DNA from: Mobula hypostoma | Lineage: Eukaryota | NCBI RefSeq assembly: GCF_963921235.1 | Contig: NC_086097.1 | Span: forward strand, 58,344,001-58,408,000 | Length of the DNA: 64,000 nucleotides | Reading direction: 5' to 3' | In this document: one piece after another, positions 1 to 11,295 of the stretch | Position numbering within the stretch: the stretch's first letter is position 1 | How the letters are laid out: every line of letters begins with the position of its first letter | Notes under the pieces: model-generated | The model's database searches: none | What the model was told of the DNA's origin: nothing | The model's input: only the letters and a program-made list of their open reading frames with translations | Made by a program: the position numbers and the translations under genes

Positions 1-1270
1 CCTCCAGTTAGCGCAAACGGTGCATTACAGCGGCAGTATTTTTGGCTAAATCGACTTAAAATATGCAAACTTACAGAATGCAGGCAAAGTTCAGGGTTAT
101 ATATTCGTATAAAGTTGCTCACTTGCCAAAATCAACAGCCTCGCTTTCACCGAAGTGCCGATGTCAGCCATGATGGAAACCGTGACTTGACAGTACGACG
201 CATGCGCACGGCCAGCCTCAGAAGCAACTCACGATGCTCACGGTAGCGACACCAACCAGAACAAAAGGGCAGGGCAGCTCTATTTCAAGTGGTCACTTTC
301 TGCTCATCACCCTCAGCATGTGCAGGATTGGGACAGATCAAACTGAGACCCATCAATAAGAGATGATTAAATATTACTGTAATGATGTATTTCAAGACAC
401 CCATCAAACCCTTTACTGCAGTCAAAGGACAGCAGTGACTATATCACATCCATTTAGGAGAGCGCCAACCACATCATCAAGAATAATCAGCATCCTGGAG
501 GTTTTCGTGTTACTGCTTCGTATCTTCTATCCAGCATTAGGGTGAAAATATATGGTCAACCTAATTATGCCGCGTGGAAAGAGGAGGGGGACAATATGGT
601 CAAGAGATGACGCCAAGCGATGTTGGGAAGCAGCAAGGAGAGGGAGAGAAGAATTGGATGAGGCCAGGGCCGCATGACTCCAGGATCAAAGAGTCAGGAC
701 AAAAAAGATGAGAGAAGAAGAGACAGAGGAGGAGAGGCATGCACGTCTCCAAAATGACAACAACTGGCATAGAAGGAGAAGAGACGAAGAGACAGAGGAG
801 CTGAGAAATGCACGTCTCCAGGATCAGTGACAAAGAACAAACAGCAGAAGAGATGAAGAGACGGGGGATGAAGGGGTTGCATGTCTCCAGAATGACAAAA
901 ACGGGCACGGGAGGAAGAGACAAAGGAGCAGAGAAATGCATGTCTGCAAGATCAGAGACAAAGAATAAACAGCAGAAGAGATGAAGAAGTGGCAGATGAA
1001 AGGACTGCATGTCTCCAGAATGACAACGAGAGGCGCAAGGGTGGCAGATTAACCAGAAATGATGCCATCAAAAGTGTCCTTCATTAAACGAGGAGGAGCT
1101 ATATTTGCCTTGCTACGGGTCGTTCTTTAATAAACTGAGGTTTTCTTCTTCAATTTCCAAAGCAAAGCGATACGAATAGCATTCAGGAAAATTTAATGTT
1201 CATTCTGGTCACATCAGACTGCACTACCCTTCTCTCAAAGGGTGCCCCAACGGGTCACCCCGTTGTCTAG
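1..1270 (+). mobile_element. Non-autonomous Helitron; 5' end lies upstream of the window
   Basis: GC-rich hairpin gggtgcccc-aac-gggtcaccc (1240-1260) is followed by cgttgtCTAG (ends 1270) and a flanking T, the canonical Helitron 3' terminus. CpG-rich body contrasts with AT-rich DNA after 1270. Contains a decayed RepHel-like N-terminal repeat ORF. Confidence 0.8.
567..1087 (+). pseudogene. Decayed ORF of 23-aa STPR-like repeats (Helitron RepHel N-terminus-like)
   Basis: ATG 567: MPRGKRRGTIWSRDDAKRCWEAARRGREELDEARAA*LQDQRVRTKKMREE/ETEEERHARLQNDNNWHRRRRDE/ETEELRNARLQDQ*QRTNSRRDE/ETGDEGVACLQNDKNGHGRKR, then a frameshift. Repeat anchors at 672, 741, 810, 879, 938 and 1007 give a 69-bp period with one 10-bp deletion. 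Both stops are TGA at Arg-like positions, consistent with CpG decay of CGA. Confidence 0.75.
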
Positions 1271-1806
1271 TTAAGTTATAAAATTATTCAGCTCATGCAG
1301 GAAGCATGGAATTTACTTGTCTTATTGTATGTGCAGGCTGTTGAAATGGTGGTGCAGATTTTTCCAATCAAGAATGCATATAGTTTTTCTATGAAAGTCA
1401 ATTAACGCAATCATACTGGATTCAATTTCTGTCACGTTTTCATCACAAGAAATTCTCTTCATTTCATCCCAGAATTTTTTTTTCCATTACCCTTTTTAAA
1501 ACTGATGCTCTCTAATTACTGATCCTTTGTCAGTGTAAATAGTTTCTACTTGCCAACCCTCTTAATTGTATTAAGTGCACGCTAGAATTCAATAACAGGA
1601 TACGTTGATTTTTTTTTGAATAATGGTAGTATTTACTATTAAGCAGCTTAATTTTTTGTCATATAATGCACCAGTCTTGTTGAAGTCTTGTCTGTCTGTC
1701 TCCATTTTTATTAAGAAATGATTGCAGGTAGCATAGCAGTAAGTTGGAATAATTGCAATGGAGTCGAAAACAATTTTAAAGACAAAATGGCTTCCCTGTT
1801 ACAGAG

Positions 1807-1955
1807 CAACACACGCAAAATGCTGGAGGAACTCTGCAGGACAGACAGCATCTATGGAAAAGCGCAAACATTCAATGTTTTGAGCCGTGACCCTTCATCA
1901 GGATTATGTGTGTTGCTTTAGATTTCCAGCATCTGCAGATTTTCTTGTGTTTGTG
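1807..1955. mobile_element. Short Penelope-like terminal-repeat fold-back remnant with degenerate hammerhead (- strand)
   Basis: caacacacgcaaaatgctggaggaactc...gacccttcatcagga (reverse tail) joined to tgtgtgttgc...tttccagcatctgcag (forward tail). Same motifs as the copies at 26592-27539 and 40440-40575. Confidence 0.7.
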
Positions 1956-2574
1956 ATTCCTTACTACAAGTTAGTTTTGGAGGAAGGGGTAAAAGCTTTT
2001 AGAGCAGGATAGGTTAGGATTTAAGATTGAGAAATCTGGACATACTAGTTGCTATGAATTTTTAATATTTTGGTGTGAATATTCTGTTTTCAGACAATAG
2101 ATACCCTCTCTGGAAGGCCAACTAAAGTCTGGGCTTGATCACCTATTATAATAATCAGCCAAAGTGCAGATCAGATCTATCTTATGGTGGTAGTGATTGT
2201 GGGGTAAAATGATAGTTGATGTACTTTAGTTGTGGAGATCATAACTAATAGCAATTAACAGTTAATTTCAGGAAAGTAGTTCAGGAAATCTTGACAGGTT
2301 GTGAATTGTACCATAAAACACTTGTGCTTGAGTATTTTATAATGTGTATGTTGTAAGGTAAATCTTATTTCTAAAGAAACCTCAGCTGTTCTTAAGTTAC
2401 AAGAAATGTTTAAACAATTTCTTTCTTCACGTGACGCCTGTTTTCCATTTTATAACATGGTGGATCAATTAATTAGTCAATAGTGCTTGATTCTTTCTGT
2501 TGGTGTGATTATGTTAGTAGTTTAATATCTGGTGCTGGAATTTTCTCACTATTGGCATAGAAGTGAATTAAACA

Positions 2575-3393
2575 GTCATAGTCATACTTTATTGATCCCG
2601 GGGGAAATTGGTTTTTGTTACAGTTGCACCATAAATAATAAATAGAACCATAAATAGTTAAATAGTAATATGTAAATTATACCAGTAAATTATGAAGTAA
2701 GTCCAGGACCAGCCTATTGGCTCAGGGTGTCTGACCCTCCAAGGGAGGAGTTGTAAAGTTTGATGGCCGCAGGCAGGAATGACTTCCTATGACGCTCTGT
2801 GTTGCATCTCGGTGGAATGAGTCTCTGGCTGAATGTATTCCTGTGCCCACCCAATACATTATGTAGTGGATGGGAGACATTGTCCAAGATGGCATGTAAC
2901 TTGGACAGCATCCTCTTTTCAGACACCACCGTGAGAGTGTACAGTTCCATCCTCACAACATCACTGGCTTTACGAATGAGTTTGTTGATTCTGTTGGTGT
3001 CTGCTACCCTCAGCCGCTGCCCCAGCACACAACAGCAAACATGATAGCACTGGCCACCACAGACTCGTAGAACATCCTCAGCATCGTCTGGCAGATGTTG
3101 AAGGACCTCTGTCTCCTCAGGAAATAGAGACGGCTCTGACCCTTCTTGTAGACAGCCTCAGTGTTCTTTGACCAGTCCAGTTTATTGTCAATTTGTATCC
3201 CCAGGTATTTGTAATCCTCCACCACGTCCACACTGACCCCCTGAATGGAAACAGGGGTCACCGGTACCTTAGCTCTCCTCAGGTCTACCACCAGCTCCTT
3301 AGTCTTTTTCACATTAAGCTGCAGATAATTCTGCTCACACCATGTGACAAAGTTTCCTACCGTAGTCCTGTACTCAGCCTCATCTCCCTTGCT
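2575..3393 (-). mobile_element. Rex1/Babar-clade LINE, 5'-truncated 3' end
   Basis: ORFs 3010-3312 and 2714-3028 give KTKELVVDLRR...YKYLGIQIDNKLDWSKN...QSRLYFLRR...SHPLH...RKSFLPAAIKLYN. 3' tail (tatgac)n with aataaa near 2575-2592. Confidence 0.88.
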
Positions 3394-4089
3394 GGAAGTT
3401 AAGGAAGTTAACAGATCAGTTAGCTTACATTTTCATTTCTGTTTCCACTTTAGCATGCAGTTACTGGTAACATTCCTTTTTAACTTCATGATATTTTCAA
3501 AATTTTGTTATACCTGTATTGAGTCCAAAATCATCTCGTCCTTTACATAATTTGATTATTTGATTGTAAGCTGTTGCTGGAACTCCTTTTGATTACACAA
3601 GAATAAGTATCTAATAATAACACATGAAGGATTAAAAAGTCAATAATGTTGACACAATTCCTTCATATTAATTTTTACAGAAGTGATATGAATTTCTACT
3701 GCTTTTGAATTGTGTTGAATTTATGTGACCAGAAGGCCTGAGAGGCAGACCAGTAGTGAGGAAGTAAAACAGTATTTAAGTCCAGCTACTTATACTAGTC
3801 CTTTTCAAGGCAAAATGCTCCAAGTTGGTTCATGGTATTCATTGTTCAGGTGACCTAAAAATTGAAAAAAGTCGTTTCATGATGTATCTAAAGGTGGGAA
3901 GAAGATTAAAGTTGATGATGATTGTGGCCAGAATTTGGTGTTTGTAGGTATTTTGTTAGATTAAAGGGGTGGAGTAGATTAGAAAAAAGCCACACAATCT
4001 TTTGTAAAAGAGGTTCAGAATTTTTAAAACCTGACATTGTTTAACCAGGAGCCAATATGGATCAGTCGGCAGTAGTGATGGGTGAATGG

Positions 4090-4290
4090 AAGATGAAATA
4101 ATTCAGAAAGAGGAGCAGACAATTATGTCATGAAGAGTAGAATATCTGAGGATGGTCAAGAACTCATTGCAGTAATTGAGGCCAGAGGAAAATAAAGGCA
4201 TTGATAATGGCTTATTAATGGGTGAGCTGAGGCAGAGGAAGTCATTAATGGTTATAGAATGGAACAATCCAATTTGGCTCAACTCATAAC
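4090..4290 (-). mobile_element. Ancient L2-like LINE fragment
   Basis: Minus-strand SSGLNYCNEFL resembles the L2 RT C-terminal motif SRLDYCNSLL. Highly diverged. Confidence 0.45.
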
Positions 4291-4294
4291 TTTC

Positions 4295-5960
4295 CATATT
4301 AAACCTATTGCTGAACGCTTGATCTCTTGTCCTCAACATTGAAATGATTCAAATATTCACGTAGACATTTCCTAAGTGTTATCAATGACCCGACTTCAAC
4401 CATTCTCTCAGGCAATAGTACATTCTTGCCTCTCTCAGTGTGATGAAGATCCCACCCCCACGCCCCTATATCACCTCTGAATCTATCCCTGCTTGCCCTA
4501 AGCATGTATCCTCTAGTTTTATCTATCTTTTATATGGTTGGGGGTGGAAGAAGTTTCCTACAGTCTACCCTGACTATACCCTCATGGTCTTGTATATTAC
4601 AGTTCTGTCTTCTCTTAACCTTTTCTGGAGAACAGCCCTAAATAGACTCTGCTCATAACTGAACTGTTCCATCCCTGGCAACATTCTGCCAAATCCTCTC
4701 TTTATCCTGTCCAGCACAATACCATCTTTCCTATTTGCATTGTGACCACAACTACAAGTTTTGACCACGGTTTCATAATATTGGCGCATACCCTCTCTAT
4801 TTCTGTATTTAATAACTGAGTATTGCATGTGTCTTCCTACCCATATCATTTTCTTATGTTGTCACCTTCAAGGATCTTTGGACTTGTACTTCAAATCAAA
4901 ACTCCTGCTCTTTAAACACCTTAAGATTGTACCTTCATGGTAAATTTCCCAGCCTCATTGGTGCTACCTTGCATTTTCTGAATTAAGCTCCATCTACAAT
5001 TTCTCAGCTTATTTCATGAAAACATTATTATCTCTCTGAAGCCTAAGAATGCACTTCAAAATCAATAATTCTTACAATTTTAATGGCAACTGCCTCCCAC
5101 TTCTATACTCAAGGCAACAAGGGTCCCAGCATCCATCCTTCTGGAACACCACTAAAAAGGCTTCACTAAAGTCCAGGTAAGTCTCGTGTACTACCCTGCC
5201 CTCTGATACACTTTACTGTCTCTTCAAAGAATTTAATTAGGAGACAAATTGGTCAGGTAGGATCAGCTCAAGACTAAATTCTTTTGGTTATCTCCAATTT
5301 GCCCATGCCTTCCAAGTGATAATTAATTCTCTCCTTCAGATTAATTTCTCTATTATGTTCCTTACTATTGGAATTGGGCTCACAGATACACAGATGGTTA
5401 CCAGGCTTTGCCAGGTTTGTCCTGCTGCCTTTCTGGAAAAAGGGAACCATGTGTTTGCTCTCCTTCAGTCATCTTTAAGATGGCGCTGGTGAATCTCAGC
5501 GACTTCTGGCTAGTGGCTAATCTGGTTCAACGTTTGTGTCCAACGAAGATTTAAAAATCTCAGAGCCCCAGCAATTTCTTCCCTTGCCTCCTGTGGCAGC
5601 CTAGGATAAATCCCATTCAATCCTGGGACTTTATGCCTTTAAGCCTGCCTAAGCATCAGTTGCCGCCTCCTATTAGTGGAGATCTATATTAGGCTTTTAC
5701 CTATCCCTTCAATGAATTCTCCAGTGACAAAGGCCGCTTGTGAATACCAGTGAAATGTATTAATATATGACCTCGCCTACACCTTCTGGATCCTACACAC
5801 ATTGCCCTGACTTTGATGGGCCCTATATTTTCCCTGGTTGTTCTTTGGTATTATAGTTACAGAGCACTTTTTAGATTTACTTTAATCCTGTCTGTCAGTG
5901 ATTTCTCATGACTCCACTTTGTCTTTTTAATTTCCTATTTAATGCCTCCGTACACTTTTT
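4295..5960 (-). mobile_element. Old, heavily degraded CR1 LINE
   Basis: Fragments such as RGFGRMLPGMEQFSYEQ and LREDRTVIYKTMR (ORF 4574-4849) match the CR1 ORF2 C-terminus in the better-preserved copy at 57190-57612. Confidence 0.7.
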
Positions 5961-6419
5961 ACCTTTTGGCAGGCTCGTCATTAGCAACAAGTAATCTGCT
6001 GGAGGAACTTGGTGCATCAGGCAGGTGTGTGTGTGTACGTTGGAAGGAAAGAATCACCAACGTTTTCTTGGCCCCACCCCATATATAAATGCTGCTTCAC
6101 TTACAAAGATCTTCCAACGACTGTTGTCCCAAATTTTGGCACCTGCAGGCTTTCATTGATTTTTTTTTTGTGCTTCTTTGTATTTACTGTGATTGCCCAC
6201 AAGAAAATGAATCCCAGGTTAGTATATGTTGATAATAAATTCACCTTGAACTTTTATTTTTTTTAAAAGATTAGCTTTATTTTGTAATATGTACATCGAA
6301 GCATACAGTGAAATTATCATATGTGTCAGCCCAACACAGTCCGAGGATGTGCTGGGGGCAGCCTACAAGTGTTGCCGTGCTTTCAGTGCCAATATACTGG
6401 AGCATGCCTTAAACTTACT

Positions 6420-6568
6420 AACTGTAACTGGTATGTCTTTGGAATATGGGAGGAAACCCATGCAGTCATGGTAGAACATACAAAATCCTTACAGACAGTG
6501 GCAGGAATTGAACTCTGATTGCTGGTGCTATAAAGTGTAACGCTAGCCATTACGCTACTCTGTTGCCG
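6420..6568 (-). mobile_element. tRNA-derived SINE (V-SINE/HE1-like)
   Basis: Reverse complement has an A-box-like tagcgtaatggctagc, a B-box-like gttcaattcc and a core ctgtaagga...tgcatgggtttcctcc. Confidence 0.7.
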
Positions 6569-7913
6569 CTTTGCTTTCCTTGAAATGCTTCCCTCTTTAC
6601 AAATGTAGACTTGCCTGCAAGTAGATGCTCCCAGTCAACCTTTACCAGGTATTTTCTTATGTTAATGAAATTGACCTTGCTCCAATTCAAGACCTCTTAT
6701 GTTGTAGAGGTGGAAATGTGTGGGCTTCATAATGGAGAAAAATGTGATCCAAATTTCATCTTGAGGTCAAATTGACAAGATTTTGAATTTTTCCATTTCA
6801 GGGAGTTGCTGCAGTGAAAGGGATCTTATCTTGATTCATCTATCTGATTCCTGGAATGGTAGGTTTGTTGTACAAGGGCAGATTCAGCAGACAGTGGAGG
6901 AAATGAGGTGGGTAGAAAATCAGGTTATGTGCATGCTGCATTGCCTCATGTTTTGAACCACTATTGTATTTTCATTTCTGAATGATATTTATTGGGAGGA
7001 AATTTCTCAGTTATTTCTGTAAGCTAGATGTGCACCAGAGATAGCAGATTAGATGGTCTCAGTGAACTTGACGTGGGTGAGGGGAAGAGGGGTTTAGGAA
7101 GAATGTGTCCAGCAGGGAAAAGAAACTGGAAGTTAATTTGTATTCCGTGCTAATTCCTGGAATTGTAAGCAGTTTTGACAGATGAGTGTCTAGCTCAGCA
7201 ACGTTATGTGCTCCAACCAAATATGGCAGTTAATTGTTAATCTTGTTGTCCCCCATTCAATCTTTATTTAATTCTTTATCTTATTTAAAGGAGCAGTGAA
7301 TATGGTTTTTCAAGTGACAAGCTTAGACAAGAATAAGAGGAAAGCTGTTGATGGGTCCAACTTATCAAATGTAGGGATAAAGGAGATATTAAACACATCA
7401 GTAGCTGTGGAAATAAGAGACTGAATTAAAGACAGAAAACTTGGAAGTACTGAATGATGGCCCTGTCTGTGGGTGGGAACAGGGGAACACTGAGAAATTG
7501 GAATGTGAAGTCAAGGGTGTGACTGTGGATGTAGGCTGAAGAATCTTGATATGATGGACAATACAAGGGCAATGTACAGAAATGAAGTTTTTTGTCAACT
7601 TGCTTAGAGGTGAAAATACATTAAGGAATAGTGGCTCAAAACATGAAACAATGCGGCATGCATGAAACCTTATTTTCTGTGCATCTTATTTCCTCGAGCA
7701 GGGTGGATAGCGCTAGATAAATTGGAGCCCCCAATGGTTTCCTTGGCTTCTTTCATTATTTACTGGATATTAAGGAAACACAAATTGCAAAAAGTTCAGG
7801 CGTTTTAGTACCTTGACTCAGTTAAAGATGAGCATGTGACTCAGTCAAAGTGGCAAAGAAAGGATAAATTAATGTGGATTATAGGAGGGAAGTAAACTGA
7901 TATTGCTCTAGAA

Positions 7914-9841
7914 CAGGGGTTTTTAACCTTTTATATGCCATGGACCCCTTCGGCAGTCTGGTGAATCCTGTGGCTCGCCGCTCAGAATAATGTGTTTAAA
8001 TATATAAAATAAAAGAAACCAACTATATGGAAATAGTTATCAAAATATTTAAACAAACATTTGTGATATAGTAATATATGTGTTTCTTTTCATTTAAAAT
8101 ATATGGAAGTTAACATTAAATTTTATTTTTTAAAGACCTATCTGTGAGAAGGTTGTTGTTGCTTAGCTTGAACAAATCATTAGCTCACTTTACAAGGCAG
8201 CGATAGGCCTCTCTCAAGGAACACCAGGATTGTCCAAGTCTTTTTGAGTTAAAACACCAGTTGTTGTAAGTCCTAAGATCAATGCGTTTATCTTTGGCTA
8301 TATTAACGTTGTCAATATGTTTATATCAGAAAGAAAAGGATTGCGGATCCATGGTTGAACTTTAATGCCATCAAGATGGGAATAACTTTAGAAAGATTTC
8401 TAAGCTGTTTCCAGGTATTCACAGATATCTCTCTTCAAAGAAACTGACAGAGAATTTTGTTTCTCATCTCCATTTTGGTAAAGCACTTCTCTTCCAGCAT
8501 TTGAAAGTTTGCAAAGTGTTGGCCTCTACTCTCTTCTTCCATATTGGCAGCTAGACAAGAAAGATTGTAATTTGTCAGTAGCATCGATAATAGTGACTTC
8601 AGGAGGACCTAGAATTGAAAAAATTATTTCATTCATGTAGTTGAAAATATCTGCCAGGTAAGCCAACTGATGGATACAATCCCTTTTTTCCCAAACTGTT
8701 TCAAAAATAGGCTCTTTTTTCAGAAAAAAGTGAAACTTTTGTCCTTAGTTAAAGTAAGTGCTTCAAGACTTGTCCTTTTGAAATCCAGTGAACTTCTGTG
8801 TGGTAGAGAATTACTTCATATTCTGCACCCATTTCTTGACAAAGTTGGTTAAAAATTATTATTCAGAGTCCTGCTTCTAATAAAGTTGATGACTTTTATG
8901 ACTGTTGACAAAACTTCCTTCAGGGTTGTTGGAAGAGTCTTTGTTGCCAGTGCATATCTGAATAAAAAAACAATGAGTGACGACGACACGAGGGGCTTCC
9001 TTTTTTACTGAAGTAGCAAAACCAGATGTATTACTAAACATCGCAGGAACTCCATCTGTGCAGAGAGTATGAAGTTTTTCTTTCCAGTCAAAGTTTTGTT
9101 TGGCAAAAAAAACTTATTACCATTTCCAAAGCGTTGTTGGCCTTTGTAGTTTCCAAAAGGGACTCACAAAATTAGAATTCTTCTTTGATGGCGTCAGCAT
9201 ACACATAACGAACAAAAACAAGGAGCTGACTACATTGAGAGATGTCTGTAATTTCTTCCAGTTGCATACTGAATGGGAACTGTGAGACTGCCAATTGCTC
9301 AATGACCTGCTTCAAAATGTTAAAAGAAGTATCAACTGTTTTAGAGCATATCACATTATTTGATAAAGGAACCGCTTCCAGTTCTTTCCTCTGTTTCAGT
9401 CCACGACACAGCTCGACCATTTCCAGTGCACATGGCTTTATTAAGGTCCAGTGTGGGGCTTCTCTTTATTGGCAATCTGGTAAGCAACTTTATAGGATGC
9501 CTCTAGGAAAGCTTATTGTGAAATGGTAAATCTAAGTTTTGGAAATGTCCCAGCTTTTTCGAATTGAGCTTTCTTTGCGAGACAAAACCAGCATCTTTAG
9601 ATGCATTTTCAGGATGGGCAGGCATACTGTGCTCTTTCAGTTTTGCTGGCTTCATACTTCCATTGGCAATAATTTTCCGTACAAGGAACACTGTGGATTT
9701 TGTGTCCTGTCATGTCCATCAATGCAAGTGAAACCTTAGTTTTCATCATGCTTCCTTTTCTATAACATTTCAACTTAAATTGCAACTGCAAAAAATATAA
9801 AATAAAGCTAAAATAAAATATTTGAGATGGCTTAAGCTACT
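7914..9841 (-). mobile_element. hAT (Buster/Charlie-type) DNA transposon with decayed transposase; one terminus missing
   Basis: TIR caggggtt at 7914 follows a Charlie-type target ctctagaa. Minus-strand remnants: BED-finger region ANGSMKPAKLKEH, LSNNVI...FSMQLEEITDISQCSQLLVFVRY, LCTDGVPAM (~9040-9066) and VTHCF. Confidence 0.88.
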
Positions 9842-10282
9842 AAAGTGTTACATCTGGTCAATCTTGCTGTATGCTTCTGCAACATGGACTATAACACCAG
9901 AACTCCAAAGAAACTTAGAAGCAACATAAATGTGGTTTCTTAGAAGAATGCTGAAAATGTTATGTAGAGATAGGGTAACTAATGAGACAGTACTCCAGTG
10001 TGCCCATACAAAAAGATCTTTAATGAGAACATTAAATGAGAGGAAACTTAAATTCCTGGGCCATGTCATCAGAAAGGGAGAAATAGAATGCCTTACTTTT
10101 CAAGGCCGTATGCCTGGGAAATGCGTAAGAGGAAGGCAAAGAAGAAAATATATGGACACTTTGAAAGAACTAACAGATCTAAATGTGCAAGATATCATTG
10201 ACACTGTGTGGGATTGTTTGATGTGGAGAGCCATGATCACCCAAGCCTGTAACGCGCAAGGCACATGAAGAAGAAGAAGAAG
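9842..10282 (+). mobile_element. RTE-clade LINE 3' fragment
   Basis: KCYIWSILLYASATWT...EATxMWFLRRMLK...DRVTNETVL...RKLKFLGHVIRK...GKCVRGRQRRKYMD, followed by a (gaa)n tail at 10267-10282. Confidence 0.85.
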
Positions 10283-11295
10283 TTGTTGTAATTGTACAAG
10301 GTGCTGGTGAGGCTGCATCAGGAATATTTTGTTCAGTTTGTGTCATTCTGTACGAATGATGCCATTAAGCTGGAAAATGCGGAGGTGATTTACGAGGATA
10401 TTGAGTGAGTTTTAGAGAAAGGTTGAGTAGGCTGGAACTTTCTTCATTGGAACATGGGGAAATGAGGGTTGATTATTTTGAGGTGTATAAGATTATGGGT
10501 TCCATAAGACATAGAAGCAGAATTGGGCCGATCAGCTGATCGAGTCTGCTCCACCATTCCATTGTGGCTGACCCTGGATCACACTCAATTCCAGACACCT
10601 GCCTTCCCACCATAACTTTTGATGCCCTCACCAATCAGGAAAATATCAATTTTCTGTTTAAGTATACCCATGGAGTTGTCCTCCACAGCTGTCTGTGGCA
10701 GAGCATTCCACAGACAGCTTAAAAAAAACTCCAGGCTTAAAAAATTTCTCCTTACTACTTTTCTAAAGGGTCACCCCTCAATTCTGAGGCTGTGCCCTCT
10801 AGTTCTGGACACACCTACCATAGGAATCATCCTCTCCACATCCACACGATCTAGTCCTTTCAACATTCAGTAGGTTTCAATGAGATCCCCCATCATTCTC
10901 CTGAATTCCAGTGTGTACAGGTCATAGGATGAGAGTACACAGTTGTTTTTTAGGGTTGGTAAATCAAGAACTCGAGGACACTGGTTTAAGGTGAGAGGGG
11001 GAGATTTGCTAGGGAACTGAGGAACAACTTTTTCACCCAGAGGTTAATGGGTAAATGGAATGAGCTGCCAGAGGAAGTGGATGAGGCAGGGACAGGTACA
11101 GTAACAGCATTTAAAAGACACATGAATAGAAATGGTTTAGAACAGGGGTTCCCAACCTTTTTTTACACCATGGACCCCAGGTTGGGAGCCCTTGTTTTAG
11201 AGGGACGTGATCCAAATACAGGCAAATGGGACTAACTCGAGTGGGAATATTGGTCAGTATGGATCAAAGGGTCAAAGTATGGATTCCACACTCTG
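10283..11295 (+). mobile_element. CR1 3' fragment interrupted by an opposite-strand CR1 3' end (~10503-10920) and a 52-bp MITE
   Basis: ttgtacaaggtgctggtgaggctgc..., ggacactggtttaaggtgagaggg, WNELPEEV. The inner piece begins ccataagacatagaagcagaattgggcc, the reverse complement of a CR1 tail. Confidence 0.75.
11143..11194. mobile_element. 52-bp hAT-type MITE
   Basis: TIRs caggggttcccaacc / ggttgggagcccttg. Flanks gtttagaa / ttttagag are consistent with a decayed 8-bp TSD. The left part resembles the end of the hAT at 7914. Confidence 0.8.

Noticed and set aside
600..1010. 136-aa hydrophobic minus-strand ORF
   Set aside because: It is the antisense shadow of the purine-rich STPR-like repeat on the + strand.
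672..1030. CRISPR-like regularly spaced repeat
   Set aside because: The intervening segments are homologous to each other, the context is eukaryotic, and the period is a coding 69 bp.
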